A stretch of DNA of 64,000 nucleotides from a virus. Lineage: Duplodnaviria > Caudoviricetes. The stretch covers positions 32,001-96,000 of the IMG/VR virus record IMGVR_UViG_3300028603_000018. One strand, 5' to 3'. The notes under the pieces were generated by a model that had not been told where the DNA came from, ran no database searches, and saw only the letters and a program-made list of their open reading frames with translations. Below are positions 25,051-35,802 of the stretch, piece after piece. Position 1 is the first letter of the stretch. The number at the start of each line of letters is the position of its first letter. The translations under genes and the position numbers were made by a program.

Positions 25051-26688
25051 GTGGAAGATCGTCGTCTAGGTAGACTGATAGATGAGGACACCCCTCAATT
25101 AAACCGAGTATTAGCAGATGGTGTTGCTACAACTCAATTAAAGCGTGTTGTTGAAGGTTTAGATTTTATTTGGAGAAGTGCTTCAGATAGTTTTGTTCCA
25201 GGTTTGACGTATCATGGTATTCGTCATTGCAATCCTAGAGAAATCTATCAGAAAATGACAGCGAGTCGTAAGAACAGCCGACGAGTTTACGAGACGAGTC
25301 GGTCTAATGTATTCATGGTAAAGATTTTGCTTAAGTACGAAGGAAATCCATTACCTGATTACTATCTCTGGTTACCTGCACCAGAGGACGGCGGCTATAT
25401 CGATTTACGTGGATCACGCTTTGTCTTATCTCCTATTCTAAACGACATTGTGTTCTCCCCAGCCAATGAAAACACAATCTTTGTACGTTTACCTCGAACA
25501 AGGATTAACTTCGAACGACTCCATCATGTCTTTGCACATAACGAAGCATGTGGGTCTAACGAGTTAAACGATAAAGAGATTGTACAAGTCACGCATGGCA
25601 AAATCCATCAAAGTAAAGACTCACCGCATATCAGAGCTAAAACTACACTCATGCATTACCTATTAGGTAGGTATGGGTTTGATAATACGTTTCTGAAGCA
25701 TGTAGGCTTTATACCTGAAATTGGGTATGAGGATATCAATATCGATAGGTATCCTCCTAGTGATTGGGTTATTTGTGCGTCGTCTGGTAATAGGCCAAAG
25801 GCTTGTAATAAGAACACGTACAGACCTTCTAAACTACGACTAGCTATTCCTAAGGATAAATGGAGCCAATCTGTAAAGAATATGGTTGCTGGCTTTTATT
25901 ATATCGTTGATCATGCGCCTGAAAGGGTAAATTATCAATGGATTAAATACGAGCGTCCTGAAAGGCTTTGGCGTATCCTATTAGGTTTAATGACATATCA
26001 AGCAGGTAGAAACGAAGAGATTATTGATGAGAAGATTGTAGATCATTATCGCTCACTTAATCATTACGTTGATACTCAAGCAAAGTTAAAACTACAAAGT
26101 ATTGGTTTAGGTTATATTGAAGACTTCTATGAGTTGTTATGGTACATCATGGAAAATATTAACCAAATGCTTCTAGACTCTTCTCGTACATTAAACAGCA
26201 TGTATGGTAAAGAGTTAAACGTAGTTGACTTTGTGATGCAGGATATTAATAACGCTATCTTTCTTTCTGTCTTTGATTTAACTCAACGTCTTAGTACGAA
26301 GAAAATCCTAACAGAAAAAGATGTCGTTGCGATCTTTAATCGATATCTCAAAACTGATCTTATCTTCGGTATTAACAAACCCTCACACGGCGAAGTTACA
26401 ACCCAAGCTATTCCGAATGATAATAAAGCATTGAGATTGACAACATTACTCGTACCTCAGTCAGCGAATGATTCAAAACGAAATAAGAAGTTAAATCTAC
26501 TTGACCCAGCGATTCGCTATCATCCTAGTATCTCTGAGGTCGGAGGTTATACAGTCCTACCAAAATCTAGTCCTGACGGTAGGCGTCGTTTGAATACTTG
26601 TGTGCAAATCGATGAGAACTACAAGATTGTTCGTAATGAGCGGTTTGTAGAGCTTCTTGATACAATCACAGAGCTGACACAGAAGTGA
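25051..26688 (+). CDS. non-virion RNA polymerase beta subunit, N-terminal part (phiKZ gp123-like)
   Basis: YLWLP..GGYIDLRGSRFVLSPIL; HPSISEVG...LPKSSPDGRRRLN; synteny. Confidence 0.8.
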   Translation: MEDRRLGRLIDEDTPQLNRVLADGVATTQLKRVVEGLDFIWRSASDSFVPGLTYHGIRHCNPREIYQKMTASRKNSRRVYETSRSNVFMVKILLKYEGNPLPDYYLWLPAPEDGGYIDLRGSRFVLSPILNDIVFSPANENTIFVRLPRTRINFERLHHVFAHNEACGSNELNDKEIVQVTHGKIHQSKDSPHIRAKTTLMHYLLGRYGFDNTFLKHVGFIPEIGYEDINIDRYPPSDWVICASSGNRPKACNKNTYRPSKLRLAIPKDKWSQSVKNMVAGFYYIVDHAPERVNYQWIKYERPERLWRILLGLMTYQAGRNEEIIDEKIVDHYRSLNHYVDTQAKLKLQSIGLGYIEDFYELLWYIMENINQMLLDSSRTLNSMYGKELNVVDFVMQDINNAIFLSVFDLTQRLSTKKILTEKDVVAIFNRYLKTDLIFGINKPSHGEVTTQAIPNDNKALRLTTLLVPQSANDSKRNKKLNLLDPAIRYHPSISEVGGYTVLPKSSPDGRRRLNTCVQIDENYKIVRNERFVELLDTITELTQK

Positions 26689-26714
26689 TAAACAAATAAG
26701 GAAATTTCCCAACC

Positions 26715-28988
26715 ATGTCTGGATTTCATAGTAGTCCGAATTACTTGTCAGCTTTCCCGAAGGGTTATAACCCAAATAACCCCCCACCCTTTAATGTAAC
26801 TGTTCAATATGTCCCTGAATTGACGCAGTTATATGGATATCTTGCAGGTTCTTTGGTTCAGGAAATTGAAAATCGAAGAGCAGAGAATATTCCACGCACG
26901 TTCATGTTCAATAAGATGGCTTATAATGGCTATATGAACGATGACTTTCGTGATCTTCTCATGCAAGCTATTCGAATTTGTTTGGTTAAGCGCTTTTGTC
27001 GAAATGAAAGTGATTGGTACGTCATTGTAGATTCTGCTGCGAAAGAAACAATTAATGTCGTTTTAGCAGCAATGGTTCTTACTAACATGACGTTAAGGAG
27101 TATGTATCAGCCTGAGCCTCACTTGATGTCTAGTTTTCAAAACGCATTTAGCCTTTTAGAAACCAATGAGCGAGAAGCTGAATTTGTTATTCAGTCAATC
27201 AATGCTCAGAATATGCATAACCAACACAACCCAACTATGATGGGAATGCATAATCCTAATACGACACCCATGACACCCATGACACACGGATATAACCCAA
27301 CAGGAGCAGGTATGATGAACTCTCCCTATCAAGCAATGAACGAACCTATTGTAGAGACTCCAGAGTTCGGTCGCATTCCTCTTTCGATGTATAATCGACT
27401 GGTTGCTGAACGAGAGCAACTTCGTCGTCAACAGATGTATAGTCCACAACCACACCAAGCCATGCACAGCCATAGCCAAGGTGGGATGATGAATCACCAA
27501 CCCCAACAAAATAACCGTAATCCCTTGTTATCTGAGAACGTTCAGCGTCAATTAGTTCGTGCTCCTAATATGGGCATGGGATCAAATGTGATTAATTCAT
27601 CTGTTCCTTCAGATATGATTAGTCAGTGGGGTGTTGTTGGACATGAGGTGGATGAACATGAAATCTCTCCTCAATCAAGCAATATTCAGCGAGTAGAACC
27701 TGTAACTAATAACTTACGACAGGAAAATACTATGACTACACAAGCAACTACAATTACGTCAGTTCGGAATGGGGTTGAATACTTCGGAGAGAAACCAGTC
27801 TTTCGCTCAACAGAAGACCCTGATCACTTCTACTGCGAGTTTGACGGAACGCTAGTCGTTTTGTTTACTCCTGAATATCCTGGTATTCCAGCAAATAATC
27901 CAGGGAAGAATAAACGAATTTACAAAATCAATAACGTCACAGGTAAGGCTGTCGTTACCCTCATTGACTTAACGGAGCAGGAGAAGATGGATATTGCTCG
28001 ACATCGTATCTTAATGAACGAAGAAGAAGCACAGCGTCGTTTGAATGCATTGAAGATGGCTGTTGCTTCTCCCATGGTTCATTTGGACGATTGCATTAAA
28101 GAAAGGGAAGTTGAATCCGCCTCCTCTGATGAAGTAAGTATTACTGAGGAAGTCATTGAACTACCTGACTATACTCACGTCGTAAAAGAAGACTTATCTA
28201 CTATTGAAGATACGTCTCGCTTTCATGAAACGCAACGTATTCAAATTGCTTCTGAAGTCGATGAACCATCGGCCTTCACTACGGTAAGTAATCAAGTAAC
28301 CATTCTACCTGAACTGACTTTTGAAGGTGTTGGTGGTGAAGTAATTAACCGGTTACGTAATGCGCGGTCATTTAAGGCTGTTAGTGACGTTTTTAGCTCA
28401 GTACGTAGTTCAACTGACAGTGAAGACGATGATATCGCTGTAGACGCTTATAAACGCCTTATTGACAAACTAGAAGCTATGTTTGTTAAAGCAGTTAATG
28501 AACGTCTCCAAATTCAGATCGGTATTGACGTAACTGTTACTGACTGGCATACTGCTTATACGCCTTTGTTAAAAGGTCTGGAAGAGCATTATGGAGCTTT
28601 TACTGCTGAAATCTTCTTACGAGACGAAGCTAGTTTTATCAAAGGCGTCTTTAATGAAGTTACAGAAGAGATTATTCTTTCTGTTAAATCATTATTGAAT
28701 GATAAAGTAGAGATGGATGGTGTAGTTATTATCCCAGAACTCTCTTCTATCACAACCATCAAAGCAAAGATGAATGATCTTGATCTTGACTTTGATTCCT
28801 CCAACTCAGTTATGATTAATAGGAAGACACATCCCGTTCTACATGACTTAACTTCTACGATTCTCGATTACCGAACAGGTAATGGTGAGAAAGTGCTGCG
28901 AAATATTATTCGCACTCAAGATAATATGGAGTTCTCCATCCATAAAGGTCTTTGGAATTCATCCACTGTTTTCTTAAAGAAACTTTAA
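26715..28988 (+). CDS. conserved phiKZ-like protein with central Q/N/M/P-rich low-complexity region
   Basis: 757 aa, aaggaa RBS; follows the RNAP subunit as in related phages. Confidence 0.8.
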   Translation: MSGFHSSPNYLSAFPKGYNPNNPPPFNVTVQYVPELTQLYGYLAGSLVQEIENRRAENIPRTFMFNKMAYNGYMNDDFRDLLMQAIRICLVKRFCRNESDWYVIVDSAAKETINVVLAAMVLTNMTLRSMYQPEPHLMSSFQNAFSLLETNEREAEFVIQSINAQNMHNQHNPTMMGMHNPNTTPMTPMTHGYNPTGAGMMNSPYQAMNEPIVETPEFGRIPLSMYNRLVAEREQLRRQQMYSPQPHQAMHSHSQGGMMNHQPQQNNRNPLLSENVQRQLVRAPNMGMGSNVINSSVPSDMISQWGVVGHEVDEHEISPQSSNIQRVEPVTNNLRQENTMTTQATTITSVRNGVEYFGEKPVFRSTEDPDHFYCEFDGTLVVLFTPEYPGIPANNPGKNKRIYKINNVTGKAVVTLIDLTEQEKMDIARHRILMNEEEAQRRLNALKMAVASPMVHLDDCIKEREVESASSDEVSITEEVIELPDYTHVVKEDLSTIEDTSRFHETQRIQIASEVDEPSAFTTVSNQVTILPELTFEGVGGEVINRLRNARSFKAVSDVFSSVRSSTDSEDDDIAVDAYKRLIDKLEAMFVKAVNERLQIQIGIDVTVTDWHTAYTPLLKGLEEHYGAFTAEIFLRDEASFIKGVFNEVTEEIILSVKSLLNDKVEMDGVVIIPELSSITTIKAKMNDLDLDFDSSNSVMINRKTHPVLHDLTSTILDYRTGNGEKVLRNIIRTQDNMEFSIHKGLWNSSTVFLKKL

Positions 28989-29099
28989 AACTTTCCCCTT
29001 AAAATAAGGCAAGGCATTCTTTACCTAAGTTACAGCCTAAGTTACAAGGATGCCGTCTTTTTCATTTATTAATCATTCTTATTTTATTCCTTAGTAATT

Positions 29100-29279
29100 A
29101 TGAGCTTCTCTAATAGTGCAATGGCGCAAGCCTTTGAAAAATCCGGCATCGTTAAACTCAAAGACGAAACGGCATACAACCTAAATGCTACTCTCTCCGC
29201 TACTCATGACGAAAAGAGAGCAGCTTTTAATAGTAAGCAGCAGTCTAAAACACACAACAAAAAAGCAGTAACTAAATAA
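29100..29279 (+). CDS. small hypothetical protein (59 aa, not in ORF track)
   Basis: MSFSNSAMAQAFEKSGIVKLKDE...KAVTK; fills the intergenic gap. Confidence 0.5.
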   Translation: MSFSNSAMAQAFEKSGIVKLKDETAYNLNATLSATHDEKRAAFNSKQQSKTHNKKAVTK

Positions 29280-29306
29280 TCTTCCTATATAGAGGAATTT
29301 TCACTC

Positions 29307-29600
29307 ATGTCGCAAATCAAAGATATCGAAATTAGTATTTCTGGTGGTAACAATGCAGTTCGTGAAGCAGTCGCTGACGAAGTCGGTCGTGCTTTGGATT
29401 TATCTGGATTCAGTAATATCTCGAATATTGATATCGATGCTTCAGAGCAATCAGATTCTCTTTCTTTGTTAGAGAGGGCGACGAATCGATATCCTGATCT
29501 ACTGGCTACATCGATCACTATCACTACGATCTCTGACCCGAGTGAAGTGGAGGAAGAAGTAACTGAGGTTGAAGAAGAACCTGAGTTCGAGGAAGGTTAA
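29307..29600 (+). CDS. acidic hypothetical protein
   Basis: 97 aa, gaggaa RBS. Confidence 0.75.
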   Translation: MSQIKDIEISISGGNNAVREAVADEVGRALDLSGFSNISNIDIDASEQSDSLSLLERATNRYPDLLATSITITTISDPSEVEEEVTEVEEEPEFEEG

Positions 29601-29607
29601 GATATAA

Positions 29608-29640
29608 AATTAGGAGTTCTTCGGAACTCCTAATTATGCC
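29608..29640. terminator. hairpin with TTCG loop ending TTATGCC
   Basis: aattaggagttc-ttcg-gaactcctaatt-atgcc. Confidence 0.8.
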
Positions 29641-29678
29641 TCTATTTTTTTTTTTATTATAACAGAGTAGAATGTAAT

Positions 29679-29714
29679 CTAGAATTAATCAATTACATAT
29701 AACTAGTTTGAATA
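29679..29714 (+). promoter_or_regulatory. putative phage promoter
   Basis: ctagaattaatcaattacatataactagtttgaata. Confidence 0.6.
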
Positions 29715-29794
29715 GAAGTTTTATACTTCGTTGAGTATTTTAACTCAAAGGAAAAATCATCATTCCCTCTTATTTAATCATTAGGATATTTATC

Positions 29795-30106
29795 ATGAAC
29801 AACATTCACATCATCGTATTCTGCACACTGGTACTTGTCTCCATTCCTTTCTACTTCACTAAAACTTCGTTCTCTTTGATGAAGTGGTTGACGGCAGAAG
29901 CTGCTGATAATCCCAAAAAGTATTTTATCAAACAAATACTTGTGATCTTTGTTTCAATTACTGCAATGGTAATTGCTGCGATCTTCTCCCCCTATGCAAC
30001 AATCCTTTATGTGATCTTGGGATCTATTATTGAATTCTTACCTGCACGTAAAGCTCAACAAGCTAAGATCCGTGATAGGGTGGTCGAAGATATTCTTCAG
30101 CAATAA
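29795..30106 (+). CDS. small membrane protein (2-3 TM)
   Basis: hydrophobic helices; tagga RBS; own promoter and terminator. Confidence 0.75.
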   Translation: MNNIHIIVFCTLVLVSIPFYFTKTSFSLMKWLTAEAADNPKKYFIKQILVIFVSITAMVIAAIFSPYATILYVILGSIIEFLPARKAQQAKIRDRVVEDILQQ

Positions 30107-30179
30107 GTAGATGAAGGAATTAGGATTTCATAAAAAAGGATTCTAATTCCTCTCTCTCTTTCTATTAGTTATTTCTGTA

Positions 30180-30218
30180 TTCTAGATTATTTCAGAAACA
30201 TATAACTAATTTGAATAG
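30180..30218 (+). promoter_or_regulatory. putative phage promoter
   Basis: ttctagattatttcagaaacatataactaatttgaatag. Confidence 0.6.
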
Positions 30219-30257
30219 TAATACTAATACATCATTTCAAGTACAAAGGAATCTATC

Positions 30258-30461
30258 ATGAACACGAAAACGAAAAGCATCTTGACCGACCTCGCCATTG
30301 GTGGTGGTATTATTGCAGCGGGTTGTGCAGCAGTGAAAGTGGTAGGAGAAGATTCTACTTCAAGTTTTCTCAAGAAAGCTGTTGCTTACGCCATTTTCTC
30401 TGCGGGTGTGTATCGCGTAACATCCACCATTGTCGAAGCAGCAAATCCGTTCGATATCTAA
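30258..30461 (+). CDS. small hydrophobic protein
   Basis: 67 aa, aaggaa RBS, two hydrophobic segments. Confidence 0.7.
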   Translation: MNTKTKSILTDLAIGGGIIAAGCAAVKVVGEDSTSSFLKKAVAYAIFSAGVYRVTSTIVEAANPFDI

Positions 30462-30467
30462 AACACT

Positions 30468-30497
30468 AAAAGGAGTCCCTTAATCAGGACTCCTTTT
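30468..30497 (+). terminator. terminator
   Basis: aaaaggagtcc/ggactcctttt stem. Confidence 0.7.
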
Positions 30498-30539
30498 ACT
30501 ACCTTTCTTTTTTTTTCTTTTTGTTGTAGTAAAAAGTAA

Positions 30540-30576
30540 GGCATAAATAGAGGACCAAATAGATCCTCTATTTATA
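30540..30576. terminator. GCATA-type hairpin at the portal 3' end
   Basis: ggcataaatagagga/tcctctatttat. Confidence 0.7.
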
Positions 30577-30583
30577 GTGCTAC

Positions 30584-33424
30584 TTAAAACCCTGAATCTG
30601 TTTCATTAGGTTGGTCTGGGATTTCTTCTATTTCTTCTATTTCTTCAATATCAGGAGGACTTTCTACTTCACTGATATTCTCATCAATATCGAAATCAAA
30701 CGAATCATCACTACTCGATGAAGAATCTTCATCGTCTTCTTCATAAGAGCTAGTATAATTAGTATCACCCATATCCAGTCTTTCTTTTGCTTTCTCTAAC
30801 TTCTTCTTCATCCTCACATTATCAGCAACGTGTTTGACAAAGGCTGCTAGAGTGTTATGAGCAATAAGATCTTGTTCAGCAAAGAGAGAAGCAAATTCTG
30901 AATCATTAAATTTATCAGTAAAGAAACCAACAAGATCAGTCATAATACCTGCATCACTCATTGCCTTACGCATTAAGAATGCTTTAACTGTATCTCTAGC
31001 TTTATCTGCAAATCCTTCAGCAATATCACCAAAGACTTCAGAATCAAACATCGCATCAGTAAAGTGGTATTCTACGACTTTATCTACTAATGTCTCTAAA
31101 GCTTCGATCTCATTAATCTGATTTTCAATACGTACGTTTTTAGGACGAGGTAATTCAAAGAGTAAGCTATCGATAAAATCTTTACTCACTAATTCGATAA
31201 TCATTTTCTTAACATTAGGATTATCCTTAGCACTCTTCTCTAATTCCTTAGTTAACTCAATAGCATTAAAGTTCTTAGCGATCGTATTAACAACAGACTC
31301 ATAGACGTTTTGACTGTAGACACACATCTTTCTACAATGATCAGAGAGTTGAGGATTGAATTTATCCTGATAGAGAATAACTCGTTTAGCGAAGAGAATA
31401 TTATTACTAACAATAGTTGTAGCATGATCTGGTTGGTGAATATTATCAACTTGTTCAGGAGTTAAGCCAAATGACTTAGCGATATATTTCTCTAAATCCT
31501 CCATTAAATCAGCATCAGGTTTAACATAATTCATACCTTCTTGCCGCATCTGAATAGTGGTATCAGGTAATCCAGAATGTCCAGACCAAGCAAAACGAAT
31601 ACCTGCTTTAGCTAACCATTCAGTAATATCACTTGGGTTTTGAACTCCAATAGGCATCGACTCTTGGCGAGTCGTAGCGATCATATTGTAAATCAGTTCT
31701 TGTGTTTTAACTGGATCAGGATCTCTTGGATCAAGCACTACATCAATAACAGTTTCACCAATAGAATTCCTAATACTTGCTTTCACATTAGCCATCATGA
31801 CAATAGCACGAATAGAAGAGAGTACTTTGATCTTATCTAGAATGGATCTACCTACTCCAGCATTATTGTAATCGAAAGCAAAATAAGTGAAGAGTTCTTT
31901 TGGAACCCAAAGCGCTTGAGTTAAGTTACCTGCTAAGTGTCTAATTAACATGATTCGATAAATCTCTTGGTTAGTAGAGATCTTTGCAATAGAACCATGA
32001 GTTAGATTACGTAATCGAGCTAAGAAGTCAGCTTCAACAACATCTACATAAGCGTTAGTTAATTCTTGCTGATGTAACGGATTACTACAGTCAAAGTTAC
32101 CGTTATAGTTACTTTTTACTCGTTGTAATAAACTACTAGCAAAGTTTTGATTACTTGGATTCATTTGGAAAGAACCTTGAAAGTCTTTCAATGAATCTTT
32201 AGTCAGAAAATTACCAGTAGAATCAAGTAGAATAAAAGCACCTACCTGTCTATTTTCTTGTCCTGGTACAAATACTGGAATAAAAGATTCAGCAGGTGCT
32301 TTTAATACAAGAGGCTCACCAATAGAGCGTCGGGTTAATTGGTCTTGGGTTCTAATGATACGAATGGTGTCGTTAGTTTTATGTCGTGATTTATAGACCA
32401 GTGAACGAATCGAGCGATCACTCATATCAGTATGCTGGAAGTACTGATCAAACGACTCTGTTGAGAATTCTTTTTCTTCAACAGGAAGCGTCTCCATAGA
32501 AATTTCATTTTCTTCGAATGAAACTTTAAAAGAGCTATTAGTTTTATTACTTGCTTTTTTAATAACGTTATTAGAGAGTTCATCTCGTTTAGCAGAGATG
32601 ATGCTTGGAATCTTTAAGATATTGAAGTTATCAATAACATTAATACCAAGAGATACTTCACTCTCTTCATCTTTATCCGTTACAACTTTAATCTTAACTT
32701 GACTATGATCAGTAGATTTCAGATTCTCTGTCCGGATAAGATCCAAGTCCTCTAAGCTAAAACCCGTTTTAAAGTAATCAGGTTCAGGGTTATTTTTATA
32801 AGGATTGGCTAAAAGACCTAAGGGTTCTAAAGCCTTAGTAGTTTTATTAAATAAGCCGCCACTATATAATGATTCTGATGAATAGTTAGATCGACCGTTG
32901 ATTAATTCATCAATTGCATTCTCTGGTAAAACTAAGAGAGGATGACTTCCATCATGAATTAAAATATTCTCGATGATGGTATGTATCTGGTCTTTAATTC
33001 TATAGTCTTTATCGAAATAATCTCTAATCTTACTGATTAATTCAGTTTTTAAAGTAGGGTTAAATAGATCAAACTCAGAACTAATTACAATCTCTTTAGT
33101 GATAAGATCATGAGGCGAGATAATAGAGGAAATAAGCAGTTGTGCCATCATCTCTATATCGGGCATAGTAGCGAGGATATTCTCAGAATCCCTTTGATTA
33201 CTTGCAATCTGCTTAGCTCTTTCTTGGAGATGGCGAATAGAAGGAGTGCCTACCTTCATCTCACCTTTATCTGTAAACTCAGGTCGTTTAGTCGACTCAT
33301 GGAGTTTAGATAAAGCAGCAGCAGTAGGTGGATCAGAACGAATCATCGCCCTGACTGAGATAGTATCGTCATTTGATCCTCTACCACCTATTACATTTTT
33401 ACTAGGTTGACGAGTTGTTGCCAT
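30584..33424 (-). CDS. portal protein (phiKZ gp129-like)
   Basis: 946 aa; MPDIEMMAQLLISSIISPHDL, PENAIDELING, YFAFDYNNAGVGRS; divergent from the virion gene as in phiKZ-like phages; acidic tail. Confidence 0.8.
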   Translation of the reverse strand: MATTRQPSKNVIGGRGSNDDTISVRAMIRSDPPTAAALSKLHESTKRPEFTDKGEMKVGTPSIRHLQERAKQIASNQRDSENILATMPDIEMMAQLLISSIISPHDLITKEIVISSEFDLFNPTLKTELISKIRDYFDKDYRIKDQIHTIIENILIHDGSHPLLVLPENAIDELINGRSNYSSESLYSGGLFNKTTKALEPLGLLANPYKNNPEPDYFKTGFSLEDLDLIRTENLKSTDHSQVKIKVVTDKDEESEVSLGINVIDNFNILKIPSIISAKRDELSNNVIKKASNKTNSSFKVSFEENEISMETLPVEEKEFSTESFDQYFQHTDMSDRSIRSLVYKSRHKTNDTIRIIRTQDQLTRRSIGEPLVLKAPAESFIPVFVPGQENRQVGAFILLDSTGNFLTKDSLKDFQGSFQMNPSNQNFASSLLQRVKSNYNGNFDCSNPLHQQELTNAYVDVVEADFLARLRNLTHGSIAKISTNQEIYRIMLIRHLAGNLTQALWVPKELFTYFAFDYNNAGVGRSILDKIKVLSSIRAIVMMANVKASIRNSIGETVIDVVLDPRDPDPVKTQELIYNMIATTRQESMPIGVQNPSDITEWLAKAGIRFAWSGHSGLPDTTIQMRQEGMNYVKPDADLMEDLEKYIAKSFGLTPEQVDNIHQPDHATTIVSNNILFAKRVILYQDKFNPQLSDHCRKMCVYSQNVYESVVNTIAKNFNAIELTKELEKSAKDNPNVKKMIIELVSKDFIDSLLFELPRPKNVRIENQINEIEALETLVDKVVEYHFTDAMFDSEVFGDIAEGFADKARDTVKAFLMRKAMSDAGIMTDLVGFFTDKFNDSEFASLFAEQDLIAHNTLAAFVKHVADNVRMKKKLEKAKERLDMGDTNYTSSYEEDDEDSSSSSDDSFDFDIDENISEVESPPDIEEIEEIEEIPDQPNETDSGF

Positions 33425-33514
33425 TTTATATTTAGCCTCAAATATTTTTAATAAGGGAAAAGCTTAAAGTGGATACTAATAACCATATCCCTGAAAAGAA
33501 GGTGTCCTACGACA

Positions 33515-35752
33515 ATGGAAACTAATAACCACTATGAAATATTCTCAGACAATTGTTTTAATTTAGCAGAAACAATTGTAATGAAGTCAGAGTATTCAGC
33601 CAAAGCGCTAAATAATTATTTACAGTATAGTGCTCCAGGGACTTTCGATCCTAATGATCCTAAGACTTGGAAGTACTACCTTAATTTAGCAGGTGAATAC
33701 TATCTTTCTGATGAAGTTATGATCATACAATCTGTCGATACTCAAGAGACAATTGTATTTAATAAAGAAAATTTACGACTACATAGAGCAACAGCTAGAG
33801 AGTATCGATATGGTACAAAGCTCTATAAAGAACTTTTAGCATTGTATCCTGAACAAGAGCAACTCATCTTAGGTATTCTTTATCCAATTGACATTGATAA
33901 GGCTATTGAAGCAGAGGATTGGACAATTCTTGGTTATGCTCCAGAATTCGTAGAGAGTAACGAGTATAGTCTTATTTCTGATATAGAAGCATTCATTAAA
34001 AGATTTGTATCTCGCTGGCATATTAAAGGCTATCGTCTAATCGATGAGAACTATGAAGTCGCTTTCTTTGGACAAGTTGCTTTACTTTTACCTGCCCTTA
34101 TTAATAAACTCCGTTTAGATAGAGCAAAGACTAATCAAGCCCATAGCTTTCATATCAGACAGTACCTCGCCTCTAACTTAGGACTGGATCGTTATTTCGA
34201 CGTAATGAATTTAGAACAGAGGTTATGGTTCTATAGGAATATTCGTTACATTAATAGAAATGCTGGACATAGTACGACTTTTGAGACTCTAATTGAAAAC
34301 ATCATGTCTAAACGCCATCTAGCTCTCACAAGCTATACAATGGCTCATGATGTTGAGAAAGTCATTGAGGAACTCTCATCCAAACCTATCTTTAAACGAG
34401 AGCCTAAGAATAGGTATGTTAGTACTACTTTTTCTGAACCTATTGATTTAGAAACCCTACTTGATAAAGAAGATAGATTAGCTAAAGATAACGTAATTGA
34501 AAAAGAAGACAATGCTGAAGATATTGACTTTACTTTCAGACATGCTCTTGCTAATATAGGTCAGACAAAAGTATTAGAATCAGCAATGTATGATTACTCT
34601 GATGCTACGCCTTTCCCATTTAGTGACATTTTAATGAACCACTGGCCTTACTTAGCTAATTTAGGTATTTACCGAGCATTCGTTAGAATCACTAACCCTA
34701 GAACAGGAGATATTATCCCTCTCTCTGTTAAGGACGCGTATGTCTTAGCTCAGTATTTATTACTTCACGCTTACGGTGTTACACTGGATGAAGTCCAGCC
34801 TGTTATCTGTAGAAAGGTTCAAGTAATTCCTTTTCCAAGTACGCAAGATATTCTCAAAATGACTAGTGGGAAGTATTTTGATGAAGAGTTTGTTGAGGAT
34901 TTAGTTCAATACAATCCTGAACTCACTGACATTATCTCTACAGATTCTTATTGGGAGAAATGTCGAGATATCTTTACAGCACTCCGTTATCAAAGAAATA
35001 GAACTGCTTTTGAAGAGCATTTTGTCAAACGTGGTGAAGTACAAGGTATGAGTGCTAGGTTATATGGTGTCAAACTCACCTACTTAGAACCAGCAGGTAC
35101 AAAATATTCAAATTGGTTTAATGAGAAAGGAATAGACATTGCTGACTTTCCTGAAGAACAGTTTGAATTAATTTATGTACGTATCGTAGAGCAAGCGCTT
35201 GGATTAGATGTTAGAACTACCCAGTCATTAAGTAACTTACAAAACTTAATGATTAATATGTTTAGTGAACTCTCTAGTTACAGTATTCAGTTCTTAAAAG
35301 AAATCAATGATAATCCTATTAAAATTATAGAATGGCCAGCGATTCGCTTAGGTGATATTAATGCAGAAGCAGAATCTCAAGCCTACTATGTGGATATGGC
35401 ATTAGATTTCTTTAATATGGAAGCTGATGGAAAGCAAAACGTTCATTATGACATTAGTGAAGGCTTTCGTTATACGAATGCTAAGATAGATGGTGAACAT
35501 AATCTTAAGTATTGTTTAAGTAAACAATTCAATATTAGTCCCCAGAAAGATTTCTCTAGTATGAATTATAATATTCATAGTCCTGGCTTTAGTATGCAAT
35601 TACCAAGAAAGACATTATATCCAAACGGACAGTTTCCTTTACCAGGCATTGATACAACTTTTAATATTTTAACAGAAGAACAAAAGAGAAGTTTACCAGA
35701 TATGTATCAAGATGATTGGTGGAATACTGTTGAGACACCGATGGTGGATTAA
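33515..35752 (+). CDS. virion structural protein (baseplate-like, phiKZ gp128-like)
   Basis: DPKTWKYYLNLAGEY, GILYP.DID.AI.A, AHSFHIRQYLAS, WFYRNIRYI.RNAG. Confidence 0.7.
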   Translation: METNNHYEIFSDNCFNLAETIVMKSEYSAKALNNYLQYSAPGTFDPNDPKTWKYYLNLAGEYYLSDEVMIIQSVDTQETIVFNKENLRLHRATAREYRYGTKLYKELLALYPEQEQLILGILYPIDIDKAIEAEDWTILGYAPEFVESNEYSLISDIEAFIKRFVSRWHIKGYRLIDENYEVAFFGQVALLLPALINKLRLDRAKTNQAHSFHIRQYLASNLGLDRYFDVMNLEQRLWFYRNIRYINRNAGHSTTFETLIENIMSKRHLALTSYTMAHDVEKVIEELSSKPIFKREPKNRYVSTTFSEPIDLETLLDKEDRLAKDNVIEKEDNAEDIDFTFRHALANIGQTKVLESAMYDYSDATPFPFSDILMNHWPYLANLGIYRAFVRITNPRTGDIIPLSVKDAYVLAQYLLLHAYGVTLDEVQPVICRKVQVIPFPSTQDILKMTSGKYFDEEFVEDLVQYNPELTDIISTDSYWEKCRDIFTALRYQRNRTAFEEHFVKRGEVQGMSARLYGVKLTYLEPAGTKYSNWFNEKGIDIADFPEEQFELIYVRIVEQALGLDVRTTQSLSNLQNLMINMFSELSSYSIQFLKEINDNPIKIIEWPAIRLGDINAEAESQAYYVDMALDFFNMEADGKQNVHYDISEGFRYTNAKIDGEHNLKYCLSKQFNISPQKDFSSMNYNIHSPGFSMQLPRKTLYPNGQFPLPGIDTTFNILTEEQKRSLPDMYQDDWWNTVETPMVD

Positions 35753-35802
35753 AACTAACTACATCTTCTGAAAAGAATTCTTTATAGGTATTTTGAAATA
35801 AC

